Positions 1-12,650 are shown, numbered from the stretch's first letter. The stretch: DNA of 64,000 bases from Octopus vulgaris (GCA_951406725.2 OX597818.1:67766001-67830000), one strand, 5' to 3'. Numbers and translations are program-made. The notes: a model not told the origin generated them from the sequence alone.

Positions 1-859
1 CGCTCGGTTTGTATGTCTGTTGGTAGGTTTAGGGCTATTTCTTAAAAGTGATATATAGCCATTTAGGTTTCTATGTATATGTGCGTTTGTAGGTAATAAA
101 GCTGAGTTTCAGAAACTTTATATGAAACACATATATCGTGGTGAAAAACAACGCAGTTGGTTGAAGTTTTAGAATTTATATTCGTGGCAAGTCCACCGCC
201 TCTTTGTTACATAACTATATTCGCGCGTGTGTGTGTATGCATTCACACACATATATATTTGCATAAATACATATGCATATATATATATATATTCACAGGT
301 ATGTGTGTGTCTATATACACACGTGTATATGTATGAGAGCGTATGTGCCCTGTAATTGCATACCTACGTAAACATCGCTACAGAGATCTGAAAACAAATA
401 CAAAACTGACGCATTTCTCTAATCAATATTTGAAATTAATAGCGTATATAAGCAACTTCATTACATATTTAAAAATAAATTTAAGAAAAATAACTAATAT
501 ATATTCTTATTAACAAAGTAATTAGCGTTCCTTGTTTACATACTAAGAAATATTTATTTATTTATTTTGGTTATTTTCTTTTCTTGTTCTTTTCTTTTTT
601 TGATATTGTTGATCACAAAAATAACGGATAACGAATGAAAAATAACTGCTGTTGCGTTGACATTTGACATTTGACTCCAGATATAAATTTCTATTTATTA
701 AAATTCAGAAAAGTTAGCTCGTTCTTAGAATAGTATTTCGAGAAAAACAGAACATCGAAAAGTTTGCAGCAATTCTTCAAAATCAAATAATTTGACTATG
801 TCTGTGAGCTTAAATAGTGATTAACTACGTATCTTTATTTAATTCCATCCTTTTACATC

Positions 860-1008
860 TATGTATGTATGTATGTATGTATGTATGTATGTATGTATGT
901 ATGTATGTATGTATGTATGTATGTATGTATGTATGTATGTATGTATGTATGTATGAATATATATATATATATATATATATATAGATAGATAGATAGATAG
1001 ATAAATAA

Positions 1009-1075
<67 letters not shown>
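860..1075. repeat. Compound microsatellite (TATG)n-(TA)n-(TAGA)n
   Basis: Tandem tetra- and dinucleotide repeats, directly visible. Confidence 0.97.
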
Positions 1076-1076
<1 letters not shown>

Positions 1077-1820
1077 GTAAAAACAAAAGCAAGAAGGATA
1101 TCCAGAGGTAATGCAGTACGATCGTTTTAAGCAACTCCATGTAATTGAGCAATGCAATCATTACATTAATTTAAACGCAGAGCAATCCTCAGCTACATAA
1201 AGACATATCATTTAATTAGATTAAAACAGATGGACACATTAGTATAATTTTATCTAAAATCTCCAAGAAGGTAAGGAGATAGACAAAGAACATGCTGTCT
1301 TCACTTCAGATAAGCTACTAAGGTATCCGGAAGAAAGACTTGTTACAGATTATACTTGTCACTGTTTTATGGGGTCAGTTTTACTTCATAGACTAGTTTA
1401 TCAAATCTTTGTATATCTAAGGCCAAAAAACAAGGAACAGTGCTTGTTAGGAAGTGGGCTGAGTGAGTCGACAGAAATCATAGTGGGTATAGTCATAAAA
1501 AATTATGAAGATTTATTTGAAGCAATATAATGAGATTTGGTAAAGGAAATCTTAAATCAAGATATTAGCTGACAGTTAAAGGGGCAAACCACTAGTAGAT
1601 CATTGATAATGAGACAGGGGAACCTTTTTATTATGGGGTACTATAGTTAAATATTATTAAAAATATTGCCATATTGTATAAATTTAAAATTTAGAGTTAT
1701 TCAAAAGATTATTAAGAAGAATATTATGACAAAAGCATAAATTGTTTTGAATACTTTTGAGTATATATCAAACTGTTACCATAATAGAGGGCGGAAAAGA
1801 AATTATCTAGAAATAGTTTA

Positions 1821-1989
1821 ATATTTATAGTTATCGCCAAACTAATATTGCAGTCCATAAATATAAGACTAAAGCTGTCGCTGATTAGCTCCGTGAGGCC
1901 ATCGCCTCTAGCTAGCTATATGACACACGAACCTGTTTTCGTCTTATATTTATGGACTGCCATATTAGTTTGGCAATAACTATTAATAT
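1821..1989. mobile_element. Small fold-back element / MITE with 49-bp inverted arms
   Basis: 1821-1869 is the reverse complement of 1941-1989 with 3 mismatches; ~70-bp spacer. Confidence 0.75.
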
Positions 1990-2089
1990 CCAGTAACGCT
2001 GCCGTAATCTCCTTTAGAGAGACTTAGTAATTGTAATATTTCTATCAAGTTTAATATTTATACATATTATATTCTTAAATACTAACTTA

Positions 2090-2497
2090 TTAGTTGGTAT
2101 CTGTGAAGATTGATCAGTAAATACCAATTAATCAATGTTCTCAGCTTTTCCATCCAAAGCTTGAGCGTGGTTCCCCTCTGAGATCTTGCTGCGAGATGGA
2201 CGTGGTTGGGGATCCTTACTATTGACTTTAGTCGTTGAATCTTGGGGGTTTTTTTATGGAGGAGGTTGTGACCATTACTATTGGCCAATGTCATCTTCGC
2301 TTAAGAGGTCATTTTTCCGTCTAATAACAACCATGTCAATTCTAGCGTGGTGGTGCAATTCTTTTCCTGTAGCGTAGCTGTGATTTCTGCAACTAGTGAT
2401 CCGTCAGAGGGTATCTTTCATAGCTGGGTCAAGTTTATAAGCATTCGTTCAGCTCACAAGGACAGGACATGCATACTCGACAGAAGAATAATACGTA
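2090..2497 (-). mobile_element. Degenerate Ingi/Vingi-like LINE fragment (C-terminal part of ORF)
   Basis: Minus-strand translation YSSVEYACPV...KLDPAMKDTL*RITSC and downstream RLKS resembles the Vingi motif (S.AEY.CPVW...LD..LN...R.ITGC...RLKSR); has stops and frameshifts. Confidence 0.6.
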
Positions 2498-2850
2498 ACC
2501 GGAGATCTTAAAACATACAAACACACATATACATATGCACATGCATAGACGCATGTACACATTTATATATATGTTTGTGTATGTGTGCGTATGTACTCTC
2601 TGAACACTTTTACCCCAGCTTCATTGGTGGGAAAAAGCCAAAGAAAGAATTATCAACTTGAAAATTTAAGGGCAAAACTGTTCTATTTATTTCGCTTTCG
2701 GCTGCTTTTCTTTTTCGTTTTTCTTTCCTCTCGTTCGAAATTGTGGCATCATTCACTCAACAAAATTGTTTGAAGGAGCAGACTGCAAGACGCCTTCACA
2801 GCACTAAAAGCATCATTAGAGAACGGAGAGTGGACAACAGCAGCAAGAAG

Positions 2851-2897
2851 CGGAGGCGCAATGGCCCAGTGGTTAGGGGAGCGGACTCTCGGTCGTA
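2851..2897 (+). mobile_element. Isolated tRNA-derived SINE head (family 3)
   Basis: GGAGGCGCAATGGCCCAGTGGTTAGGG.AGCGGACTC matches the head of the longer copy at 59113-59348; contains an A-box. Confidence 0.7.
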
Positions 2898-3049
2898 AGA
2901 AGAAGAAGACAGTAGCAACAACAATGACGACGATGATGATGAAGACAACAAGGGAACAGCAATGTTTGCGCAAGTAAGGTGCAAACTGCTGTGAATACAA
3001 TTCAAAGCCCAACTAGTTTACCAGCAAAGGAGAGCAACAACAACAACAT

Positions 3050-3427
3050 TCCAGGCCTTATGCTACCGACGATAGCGTTTAAGTTGTCAAATGTTTTATC
3101 GACTCCGAAAAGATAAATGTTGATTTGAATTCGTATAACCAACCTCTTGAGATGCCGCTAAACATTATCAGGGTTTTGTCCCTCATGTTAAAGATTCTAC
3201 CATCTCACGGCCTTAGCAATGATAATAATTATATTTTCAATTTGTTACACAAAGCCGACAATTTTATGGTATAGATTAGTAGATTACATCGACCCCGTAC
3301 TCAACTGGTAGTTTATTGTCCCCAAATGACGAAAGGCAAAGTCGACCCCGACGTAATTTGAACCCAGAACGTTATGTGGGATAAATGCTGTTAAACAGTG
3401 TGTGAAAGATTATTGTAGCTCGCTGCC
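3050..3427 (-). mobile_element. Two degenerate tRNA-derived SINEs (family 2), ~3050-3213 and ~3235-3427
   Basis: Reverse complements of the family-2 core (GTCGACTTTGCCTTTC...GGGGTCGATGTAATC) and head (GGCAGCGAGCT). Confidence 0.7.
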
Positions 3428-3456
3428 TTAATGATAGCAATAATAATGTTCTCAAG

Positions 3457-3672
3457 GGCGGTGAGCCGGCAGAAACGTTATAATGCCAGGCGAAATGCTT
3501 AGCTTTATTTCGTCTGTCTTTACGTTCTTACTTCAAATTCCGCCGAGGCCGACTTTGTCGTTCATCATTCCGGTTTTGAGACATTACGTATCAGTTGCTT
3601 ACTGGGGTCGATCTAATTGATTGTCCCCCTCTTCCAAAATTCCAGGCTTTCTGCCTACAGCAGAAAAGAATA
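3457..3672 (+). mobile_element. tRNA-derived SINE, family 2 (Meta-domain-like core)
   Basis: Head GGCGGTGAGCCGGCAGAAACGTTA, B-box-like TTCAAATTCC, core GCCGACTTTG..TTCATC, CTGGGGTCGATCTAAT; more than 12 copies in the window. Confidence 0.85.
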
Positions 3673-3677
3673 ACAAG

Positions 3678-3915
3678 GGTGGCGAGCTGGCAGAATCGTC
3701 AGCACGCCGACCGAAATGCATAGTGGTATTTTGTCTGTCGTTACGTTCTGAGTTCTAATTCCACCGAGGTCGACTTTGACTTTAATCCTTTCGGGGTCGA
3801 TTAAATAATTACCAGTTACACACTGGGGTCGATGTAATTGACTTAATCCCTTTGTCTGTCCTTGATTGTCCGTTCTATGTTTAGCCGCCTGCGGGCAATA
3901 ATTAAATAAATACAT
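3678..3915 (+). mobile_element. tRNA-derived SINE, family 2
   Basis: GGTGGCGAGCTGGCAGAATCG...GAGTTCTAATTCC...GTCGACTTTG..TTTAATCCTTTCGGGGTCGATTAAATAATTACCAG, then an A-rich tail. Confidence 0.88.
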
Positions 3916-3924
3916 AATAATGTT

Positions 3925-4137
3925 CTCAAAGTCTGGGACAAGGCCAGCAATTTGTGGTGGTATTAGTCTATTACATCATCCGCAGTGTCCACTTGCTACT
4001 TATTTCATATGCACTTATTTTCTTGAACCCAGAAGAATGAAAGGTACAGTCAACCGCGGCGGAAGTTGAGCTTAAAGAAGACGGAATGCAGCTCCGCTTT
4101 GCTCCCGGCGTTCTAACGCTTCTACCAACTCGCTGCC
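3925..4137 (-). mobile_element. Degenerate SINE, family 2
   Basis: Reverse-complement head GGCAGCGAGTTGGTAGAAGCGTTAG plus core remnants. Confidence 0.7.
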
Positions 4138-4836
4138 TTCAATAAAGCATTAATAAGAAATAGAAAACAACCTACCTTTTCCGCAATATTTGTCTTGGCA
4201 ACCCACGCAGCACCAATAGATTTTGGATTTTATTAGAAAAATCCATCGAGGTGTGAAAGTGTTGTTCTAACGATTTATAAAAGACATCTAGATTGTTGCT
4301 GAAAACACCCGATTCAGGGCATCGAAGGAGAAGCGTGTATTAACAAAACGATAACATTGAAGGACGCTTAAGTAGAGGAAAACAATTTTCATAGACACTG
4401 ACAAACAATTCATTGAATATTTCCCAGTTGGATGTCAGTCGTTGCCTTGCAATATGTGAGTAGATGCTTTACAAGCTTTTATTTACGTTTATTTGTTTAT
4501 TATGGGTTTTGTTTTATTATTTAATCTAGCTTATATTTTTAAGCGATGTTGTTTCCTCTACGGATCATCTGTCACATCTCAGCCAACTTACAAACATCTT
4601 GTCTACTTTCTTCTTTGAGGTAAGAGATATTTATTTATTTATATATTTATTATTATTATTGTTATTGTTGTTGTTGCTTTATGTTATTTTTCGCTATTTT
4701 ATATTATTAATAGCAATGTCATTTCTGTTTCCTAAACAGTTTTACATCCATGCAAATTGGATTAGAAAAAAAAAAGATACAGCGTAGTAGCATCGTGTTC
4801 GTAATCCTTACAGAGTTATGTGTAAAAGCACAGATA

Positions 4837-4875
<39 letters not shown>

Positions 4876-5108
4876 ACATGCAAGCACACGCCCACATATA
4901 TGCAGTCTTTAAGATCTACCATGTTATCTGTGAAATGTATATATATTGGTGTGATAAACTATCTGTGGAATTCTTGCAACGAAAATGAAATAATCTTTGC
5001 TTCTTGGCGAAATCTTTTGTAGACAACATGTAACAACAACAGGAAAACAAACAGCACTGGTAGTGAGACTGCAAGCAATCATTCATTTTGCAAGAAATAG
5101 CAGCTATA

Positions 5109-5682
5109 CAGAGTATGGGGTAGAATCACCCGAAATCGCAAACACATGACTCACCTTTCCGCAGAAAAAAATTACTGCTAATCGATATTTTGCGACGCAA
5201 AAGTGCATATTGTGGAGCATTACCAGAAGAAGGGGTCTACAGAGACCAATATAAGATACAGCTGGGTGCTGATCAGCTATTTCAAACCAGTGGTTCGCAC
5301 CAATCGCCGTGGCGTATTGTGAAAGCAAGCGTTATTGTTGTACAATACACGCATCCATACTACCACCCCCACTTTTGAAGAATTGTGTTTCGAGTTGCTG
5401 GAACATCTTGCATACAGTTCAAGTCTCGCCCCACCCAATATCGCCTCAACACTTCTTAACACGTGATCGACTTAACCACGGACGATAAAGCGCAGGAAGC
5501 AGTGCATACATAACTGTGCGACCAACCGAAAAGCTTCGATGGAATAACCAAATTTATTGACCACTGGAATAAATGCATTGAAATGCAAGGAGACAAAGTG
5601 GGAAAATGATGTAACTGGAAAAATGATGTCCGCCCTCTCATTTCCGTTAATAAATTATAGAAACAAACACAGGATTCTTATG
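5109..5682 (+). mobile_element. Decayed mariner transposon fragment
   Basis: LLEHLAYSSSLAP resembles mariner HPPYSPDLAP; HWNKCIEMQGDKVGK* resembles the mariner C-terminus RW.KCI...GDYVEK*. Confidence 0.7.
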
Positions 5683-5877
5683 CCGGAGGCTTGTGAGTGA
5701 CAAGTCTCCGAGGCATATAACAAAGGAAACTAAGAGTGGCTGTCGCTTAACGCCTGCGTGTATTAAATGATATTTATCTGTCATTGACTAAAATGCTTTT
5801 CTCTGATCCCGTAAATAACGAAGCTTTATATGGTGTGTGTGTGTGTGTGAAACAGAGTGTGTTGTTTTGCGTATTAG

Positions 5878-7110
5878 GTTTGTCCTCCATGTCTCTGAAG
5901 ATGACCAGTATATCAGCCCACACTTTGTGCGTCTTGAGATGTTTTAGGCCAATTTTGTTATGAATTTGGTTTGTCCCCATCGAAGACACGTAACAGCAGA
6001 ATGAGGTGTTGGGTCTCTTGATTTCCTGACACCTTTCTCTCTGTCAAGCTTCTCTGGTCAGTTCAGATTCAAAGTGCTCTCATCTAGAGAAAACAACGCT
6101 CCGTCACAGTGACCAGTCTCGTGCGAGATGTTCCGATAGAGATTGCTCTCAGTTACAATTTTTCTAGGTTGTCTTAAGCGTGTCCTTGTATCTATTCTTT
6201 GGCCACCACGTCATCGAGAGCCAATTGCGAGCTCACCAAGGAGATTTTCTGGCGGATCTGAAGTCGGGCATGCGCAATACATGTCCACTTCACTGCAGCT
6301 GGAATTTACATAGATGTCTTCACGTGCCCTATTGTTTTTGGTATTTTATCCTGCTTCTTGATGTGAAGAATTACTTGCAGCCATTTTAAAGGCAGTAACT
6401 GAGTTCAAATACATGTCTTTGATAAACTGGTCAGGTTTTACAAACATACAGTAGTGTTGTCACTAAACAGTTTTGTATGTGTCAAATTTTGTTTTTTCAA
6501 AGACTTTTCCAAAATCTGAAGACGCCCAAAGGCAGAGCTAGTTTTCAATATCCTTGCTTACACTTCATAATCGACGTGCACAATTCCTGACTGGGTATTT
6601 CTAAGGCGAGTGCATATCTCTACGGCCTGGAAAAGGTGATTGCTGGCTATCAGAAATGGTTCAACATTTGGGTTTACGTGATTGCTCAGCTACAAGATTT
6701 CCAGCTTTTTGAGACAGATTGTGAGAATGAAGTTATTATCACAAGCTGAAGGAAAGCTGTATAATAAGTGTTTAACGATTTGCTTCTGTATCTGTATGTA
6801 GAGCACAATTGTTGTCAAAAACGAACTCCCTTGTAATGGCGGTCCTGGTTTAGTTGTTGCTTTCATGCGACCGATGTCCAAAAGACACCCATCATAGTTG
6901 TACCTGCTCTGGATGTCGTGTGTCTAGCCATGGGATGATACATCGTGCAGCACAGCACTCAACCTTAAGCTGAAGAGTGTGAATACTAGAACAAAACACA
7001 GCTTCACACCATTAGTTGCAGTGAAGGGTGATGAGAATTCTCCATCGTTCAATACACTAGCTGGCAAGTCATCAGGAAACAGATGCTTTATGTTAATGAA
7101 CTTGAATGGG
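5878..7110 (-). mobile_element. RTE-clade LINE 3' fragment (RT pseudogene)
   Basis: ASVLNDGEFSSPFTATNGVKLCFVLVFTLFSL resembles RTE GVKQGCVLAPTLFS; ASSAFGRL motif near 6530; frames disrupted. Confidence 0.8.
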
Positions 7111-7223
7111 CCACCGAGTTATTACACACAGGCACACACTCACACACACACACACACAAAACACACACACACACACAAACAAACACAAACACACAGACAT
7201 ACATGCATAGATAGACAGGCGTG

Positions 7224-7287
<64 letters not shown>

Positions 7288-7442
7288 CAGAGAGAGAGAC
7301 AGAGTGAAGCATGTATAACTGTTATATTTGTTTATTTATTTGACACGCTCTATAGAAGGGTATGCGTATATAGCATTAATATATTTTTATGTATACTCGT
7401 GTATGTATATATTTTAAAATATATATAAATAAATATATATAT

Positions 7443-7742
7443 ACAGCCTTTGCCAAAAGTATTAGACCACCCCAACGTTTGGGAGTTCTGCTATCTCAAA
7501 GTTAATGAAACTCGTGCCCATGGTAGGTTATGGTACATTTCACAATATACATTAGTTTTAATATCTGGTTGACCCTCCTTTAGAATCAATTCCCGCTTTC
7601 ATAAATAAACAAATACACAAGTTAATTTCATCAAGCTCCCTTTTCACTTTGTAAGATAGAAATTTATATATAATAAAATGTTTTAAAATAAATTCTAAGT
7701 GCGTACATGATAACTGTAAACCTACTTTGGGGCCATCCTGTA
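7443..7742. mobile_element. Tc1/mariner-type relic with TIR-like ends
   Basis: TA-CAGCCTTTGCCAAAAGTATTAGACC at left and reverse complement TA-CAGGATGGCCCCAAAGTAGGTTTACAG at right; both look like Tc1/mariner termini but match each other only loosely. Confidence 0.4.
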
Positions 7743-8114
7743 TGGCTGTGTGTGTATGTAGGGTGTATATGGAAATGCGAGAATCAATGTATGAAAGTGT
7801 GCCCCCGAGAAAGCATTTTGAACCCGCATTCAATGGCATTCGAGAACATCGTTGGATGGCATATTAAACCTAGACATACAGAAGCAAGCACAATCACGTA
7901 TCCGAAGATGCGCGAGTAAACACAGTCTGTAAGTCCGACAGTCACAGAGAAAGCACTGCGTTCAGGCAGTCATAAGTACATACATTCTTACAAGGATGTA
8001 TACTTATATACATACATGCATACGATCAATCATAAACGCAACAGAGATCGTCAGTCTTAAAGACAGAAGTTTTCGAAAGGATGTACTCCAACAAAAATTC
8101 TGTATCTCGTTTCG

Positions 8115-8128
8115 ACGACAACGACGAA

Positions 8129-8159
<31 letters not shown>

Positions 8160-8480
8160 AAGAAGAAGAAGAAGAAGAAGAAGGAGAAGGAGAAGAAGAA
8201 GAAGAAGGAGAAGGAGAAGAAGAAGAAAAAAAGAGCAAGAAGAAGAATTTGATGTTACCTATAATGAACGACGACTACGGTGATAATGATGATGATATTG
8301 ATGATGATTAGGATAATGATGATTTTGTCACAGGTGATGGACGTGGTGGTGATGGTAGCGATGGTGATAGTAGTGATGATGATGATAGCGATGAATGCGA
8401 TGATGGTGATGATGACGACAATGTCAGCATCGACGACGAACATTATCATCGTCATCATCATCGTCACCACCATTCATCTT
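8115..8480. repeat. (AAG)n followed by degenerate (GAT)n/(CAT)n tracts
   Basis: Directly visible. Confidence 0.95.
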
Positions 8481-9134
8481 CATCAGTTATTATCGAGAAA
8501 CGAAAGTAAAGTGCAGGTAAACGTTGAGTTGTATTTAATTATGTATTTTAAATATAATATGACGATGTTAAGGGCATCTCTTAAGTGTTGCGCCTGTTAA
8601 ATGATTGATTATCTTCCGTGTACGAATGCTGCAAATGGAAGTTGATAAATCGACATAAATATAGAAATTCTGTCAAATTAAGTTAGACTAATTTCTCTCT
8701 TTCTACCTCTATTTTTTTTTTGTTTCGTTTTTCTTCTCTGTTGCGGATTTTCCTCTTCATTTCTTAATATTACATGAATCTATGATTAGAGAATGTCTAG
8801 GAAAACAGACGAGTTTAACAGTTGAAATACTTTTGGAAATAAAACCTAAAATTTGTACAGTTTTCTCTGACATTTAGTTTCAAATAAAGCGAAAAACAAA
8901 ATATATCAAAATTTCAGAGGTTTTAAAAAACTTTAGCTTTGAATGTATTAATATTTATGATTCCCCTATCATTTATTTTTTACCTGTTTCAGACATTAGA
9001 CTGTGGTCATGGCGAGGCAGTGACTTCAAGTAAATTTTAGCGGAGTAAATCGACCCGAGTACTTATAATATAAGCCTGGTACTTAATCTGTGAATCCCTT
9101 TTCACGAACCCCTAGGATACAAGGTCGACAAGCA

Positions 9135-9425
9135 GTTTCATTGTTTGTATTCAGACCACAATCGTCAGAAAAACCAACTTCCTTCTAAAGTTGGTCCAAA
9201 AGACACCCATAATATTTGTACCTGCTCTGGACGCCATGTGTCTCATTATGGGATAATACATCGTGCAGCACAGCACTAAACCTTAAACTTAAGAGTGTGA
9301 ATACTAGAACAGTACTCTGAGTCACGCCATTACTTGCAGTGAAAAGTAAGGAGAATTCTCCATCGTTCAATACACTGGCTTGCATGTCATCAGGAAACTG
9401 ATGCTTTACGTTAATGAACTTAAGC
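9135..9425 (-). mobile_element. Second RTE RT fragment, paralogous to ~6830-7105
   Basis: ORF 9185-9484 (ASVLNDGEFSLLFTASNGVTQ); DNA closely similar to 6880-7105. Confidence 0.8.
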
Positions 9426-9485
9426 CGAAGAGTGTGCGGGACAAACACAGACACACAAACATACACACATATCCCATTCCACACC

Positions 9486-9582
<97 letters not shown>

Positions 9583-9614
9583 TTTATTTAAAGCAGCAGA
9601 AAATTCAACAAAAT

Positions 9615-9652
9615 CTGTTACTCTGAGTTTCTCGTTGCCGTTCATCAGACAG
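9615..9652 (-). ncRNA. Minimal type I hammerhead ribozyme, intact core
   Basis: Minus strand: ctgt-CTGATGA-acgGCAAcga-GAAA-ctcagag-TA-acag; stem I ctgt/acag (extendable), near-palindromic stem III, GUA cleavage triplet. Confidence 0.8.
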
Positions 9653-9817
9653 TTTTTGCTAGAATGGAACCGATATATCAATTCAATCCAGACTCTTACA
9701 AACGCTACACCTTTAAAAAAAATGGACTTGTTTGATTGGCCCTTTAGAAATAACGGTCAATCTTCGATCGATAAACAAAAAATGAGCTCAAAAATATATG
9801 TATATATATATAAAAAA

Positions 9818-11107
9818 ATTATTATGCATGCGAGGAAATCGCTTCTTTTTTTCGAGGATTCCACCTGGATTAAGAAGACTGAGGATTCTCTTTTCGATGT
9901 ACCGATGGGGGCATCCGACGGGGCTGAGTTATGTATGCTCATAGGAGCCTTTATTCTCCATAATCTAAAAATAGAATTCCCATTTATAGATGCAGGTTTA
10001 TATAGGGATGACGGCCTTATAGCCACGCATAATCTAAACGGCCATGAATCAGATAGACTTAGGAAGGACATTATTGCTTCCTTTCAAAGGATGGGCTTAC
10101 GGGTTACAATAGATGCTAACCTGAATAGTGTAGATTTTTTAGACGTAAATTTTAATGTAAGGTCGGATAGATTTAAACCTTTCCGTAAGCCCAATGAAAA
10201 GCTATCGTATATTAGCAAAGATTCGAACCATCCGCCAGTTATCCTTAGAATCTTAGTCAGCAATGTAGGTAGAAGAATATCTTCAATTTCTTCGGACGAG
10301 GCAGCATTCCATAATGCTGCACCATATTACGGTAGCGCATTAAAGAATAGTGGATTCTCTGAGAAGATCCATTACAGCCAGCTTAATGCTGATAATAATG
10401 CTGCACGAAGAACTAGAACCAGAAAAGTTTTGTGGTTCAACCCGGCTTTCAATTTGGCCGTAAAGACTAATATAGGTAAGGAATTTTTGAGATTAGTCTC
10501 TAAGCATTTTAAGCAGGGCCATTAATTCTATAGGATATTTAATAGAAGAACCCTGAAGGTTAGCTATTCTTGTTGCAGAAATTTCGCCTCTTACATTAGC
10601 CAGCATAATAGGAATCTGATTGAAATTAGACATGGTGCCGAGCCCATTAAGAAATGCAATTTCAAAAACGAAAACTCCTGTCCGTTAGAAGGGAAATGTC
10701 TAGTGAAAGGTGTAGTTTATAGAGCCAAGGTGCAAATAGAAGGCTCATCGGAATACAAGACATATACAGGGGCTTCAGAAAATTCATTTAAAACACGATT
10801 TTATTCACATGAAAATTCATTTAGATACCCAGAGAATAGGAAGAGGACCAGCCTAGCAAAATATGTCTGGGAACTAAAAGAAAAAGAAACACCACCTTTC
10901 AATGTGACATGGAGCATTCTGGACAGAGCGGTACCACACAGGCATGGAGCACACAGAAATAATTTTAAATGCAAGCTTTGCCTATTAGAAAAACTGTATA
11001 TTTTATTCAAAGACAATAATTCTTTGAATCAAAGAAGTGAGCTAATGAACTTATGTAGACACGCAACCAAATTTAAAATGTCAAATATAAATATACCATA
11101 TGGATAG
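9818..11107 (+). pseudogene. PLE reverse transcriptase plus C-terminal GIY-YIG endonuclease (probably Hydra-type), one in-frame stop at 10523-10525
   Basis: RT motifs FDVPMGASDGAELC, GLYRDDGL, DFLDV, SNHPP, WFNP; same frame continues past TAA (FNRRTLKVSYSC, CNFKNENSCPLEGKC, GVVYRA...YTG...FKTRFYSH, CKLCLLEK...CRH). ORFs 9380 and 10703 are in the same frame. Confidence 0.9.
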
Positions 11108-12041
11108 AGTATATATTTTGTATTTTTGATTTTTGAAATTTTGATTTTTAATTTATAGGTGATCCAAAATAGAGTGTTATATTTTATATGTTTTTCATTA
11201 TTGCACTCACCTTTTTTTAAAAGCAATGTTGTCAAAAATTAGAATTTTGATATAAATATGTGTATAGCCATGGATATGTATTTGTAAGCATGCGTCTCTG
11301 TGTATGTGTAAGTGAGCGTATGTTTGTGCTTAAGCACACACATACACGACTGTATGTGTATGTATCCATTCGAACTTGTGTATTTGTATACTTGTCTCCA
11401 TATATGTCAATAACGCGGTTACACAGCTTGTATATATAATTTTTCTTATATCATTTTTCCCCACCCCTCCTTTTTTCCTTCCCCCTTCTTCGTTCCCTTT
11501 TCTCTCTCTTCCTTTCTTTCGTTTTTTCTCTAACTGATACTGATACAACTTTACGTACCCTTACTTAAGCTTTAATCAGTAAATATGAAACGCTACATCG
11601 ATGATTTTAACTTGCGTGCGAGATAGATTGCGTACATATATGTATGCATGCATTTGTGTGTATATTTTATATTTATATTTATACGTCTGTATATGTATGG
11701 CGTTTGCACGCATCCTTCTGTGTATGTTGATATATATATATGTACACTTTAATATGAATATGTATTGCAGTGTAATATTTATAATGCGTTTTAATTTCTA
11801 TGCATTAATTATATTTTCTTCATTAACGTCAATATGTATTTTATTCAATGTAAGGTTTTTCCTCGAATTTTATAATTTTTTTTATATATATATACATATA
11901 TTTTTGAGCTCATTTTTTGTTTATCGATCGAAGATTGACCGTTATTTCTAAAGGGCCAATCAAACAAGTCCATTTTTTTAAAGGTGTAGCGTTTGTAAGA
12001 GTCTGGATTGAATTGATATATCGGTTCCATTCTAGCAAACA

Positions 12042-12079
12042 CTGTCTGATGAACGGCAACGAGAAACTCAGAGCAACAG
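12042..12079 (+). ncRNA. Hammerhead ribozyme copy with U16.1->C (GUA->GCA), probably inactive
   Basis: ctgt-CTGATGA-acggcaacga-GAAA-ctcagag-CA-acag; identical to 9615-9652 except at the cleavage-site U. Confidence 0.7.
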
Positions 12080-12181
12080 ATTTTGTTGAATTTTCTGCTG
12101 CTTTAAATAAAGCATATTACTCTACCACTGGTATTTGAGTACTCATTTTCCACCTTGTTTCACATTTATGTGTTTACTCCA

Positions 12182-12253
<72 letters not shown>

Positions 12254-12284
12254 ATATGTATGGTGTGTGTGTGTGTATGTATAT

Positions 12285-12543
12285 AATTTTAAAATAGGAT
12301 AAGATCTTATAAGAATTTATCAAGTGGTTAGCGGGAAAAACCTCATAAGAGAAAAATCCACCAGTTTTTTCTTAAATATATTTATTTATATTATATAAAG
12401 GGCATTACTAAACATAAACGCCACACACTAGGAGGGACTCTTAAAGTCAAAACTACCACACTAAATATTACTTTGGTAGTTTTGACTTTCAGAGTCCCTC
12501 CTAGCGTGTGGCATTTACGTTTAATAAGGCCCTCTATAATATA
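12285..12543. mobile_element. Hairpin-plus-tail element flanked by TA/TG microsatellite (copy 1)
   Basis: ~70-bp inverted arms 12389-12458 / 12474-12543 plus a ~105-bp tail; homologous to 33848-34118. Confidence 0.75.
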
Positions 12544-12650
12544 TATATATACGTGTTTGTGCTTGTGTGTGTGGGCCGTTTTTGATTGGTCCCAGGGTTT
12601 ATTGTGGTGTATGTAAATGTGTCTGTGAGTGTTTAATATTTGGTACGATA

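Larger units (their letters stand above)
9582..12182 (+). mobile_element. Penelope-like retroelement (PLE), 5'-truncated, with inverted 5' pseudo-LTR, inserted in (TA)n
   Basis: RT + GIY-YIG ORF; ~241-bp inverted repeat 9582-9822 vs 11872-12112; ~70-nt 3' tail; (TA)n on both sides; HHR motif in both repeat arms. Confidence 0.92.

Noticed and set aside
9380-9817. N-terminal ~146 aa of the 381-aa ORF as part of the RT protein
   Set aside because: It is chance read-through of an antisense RTE piece, (TA)n and the inverted pLTR; RT homology begins near 9818.
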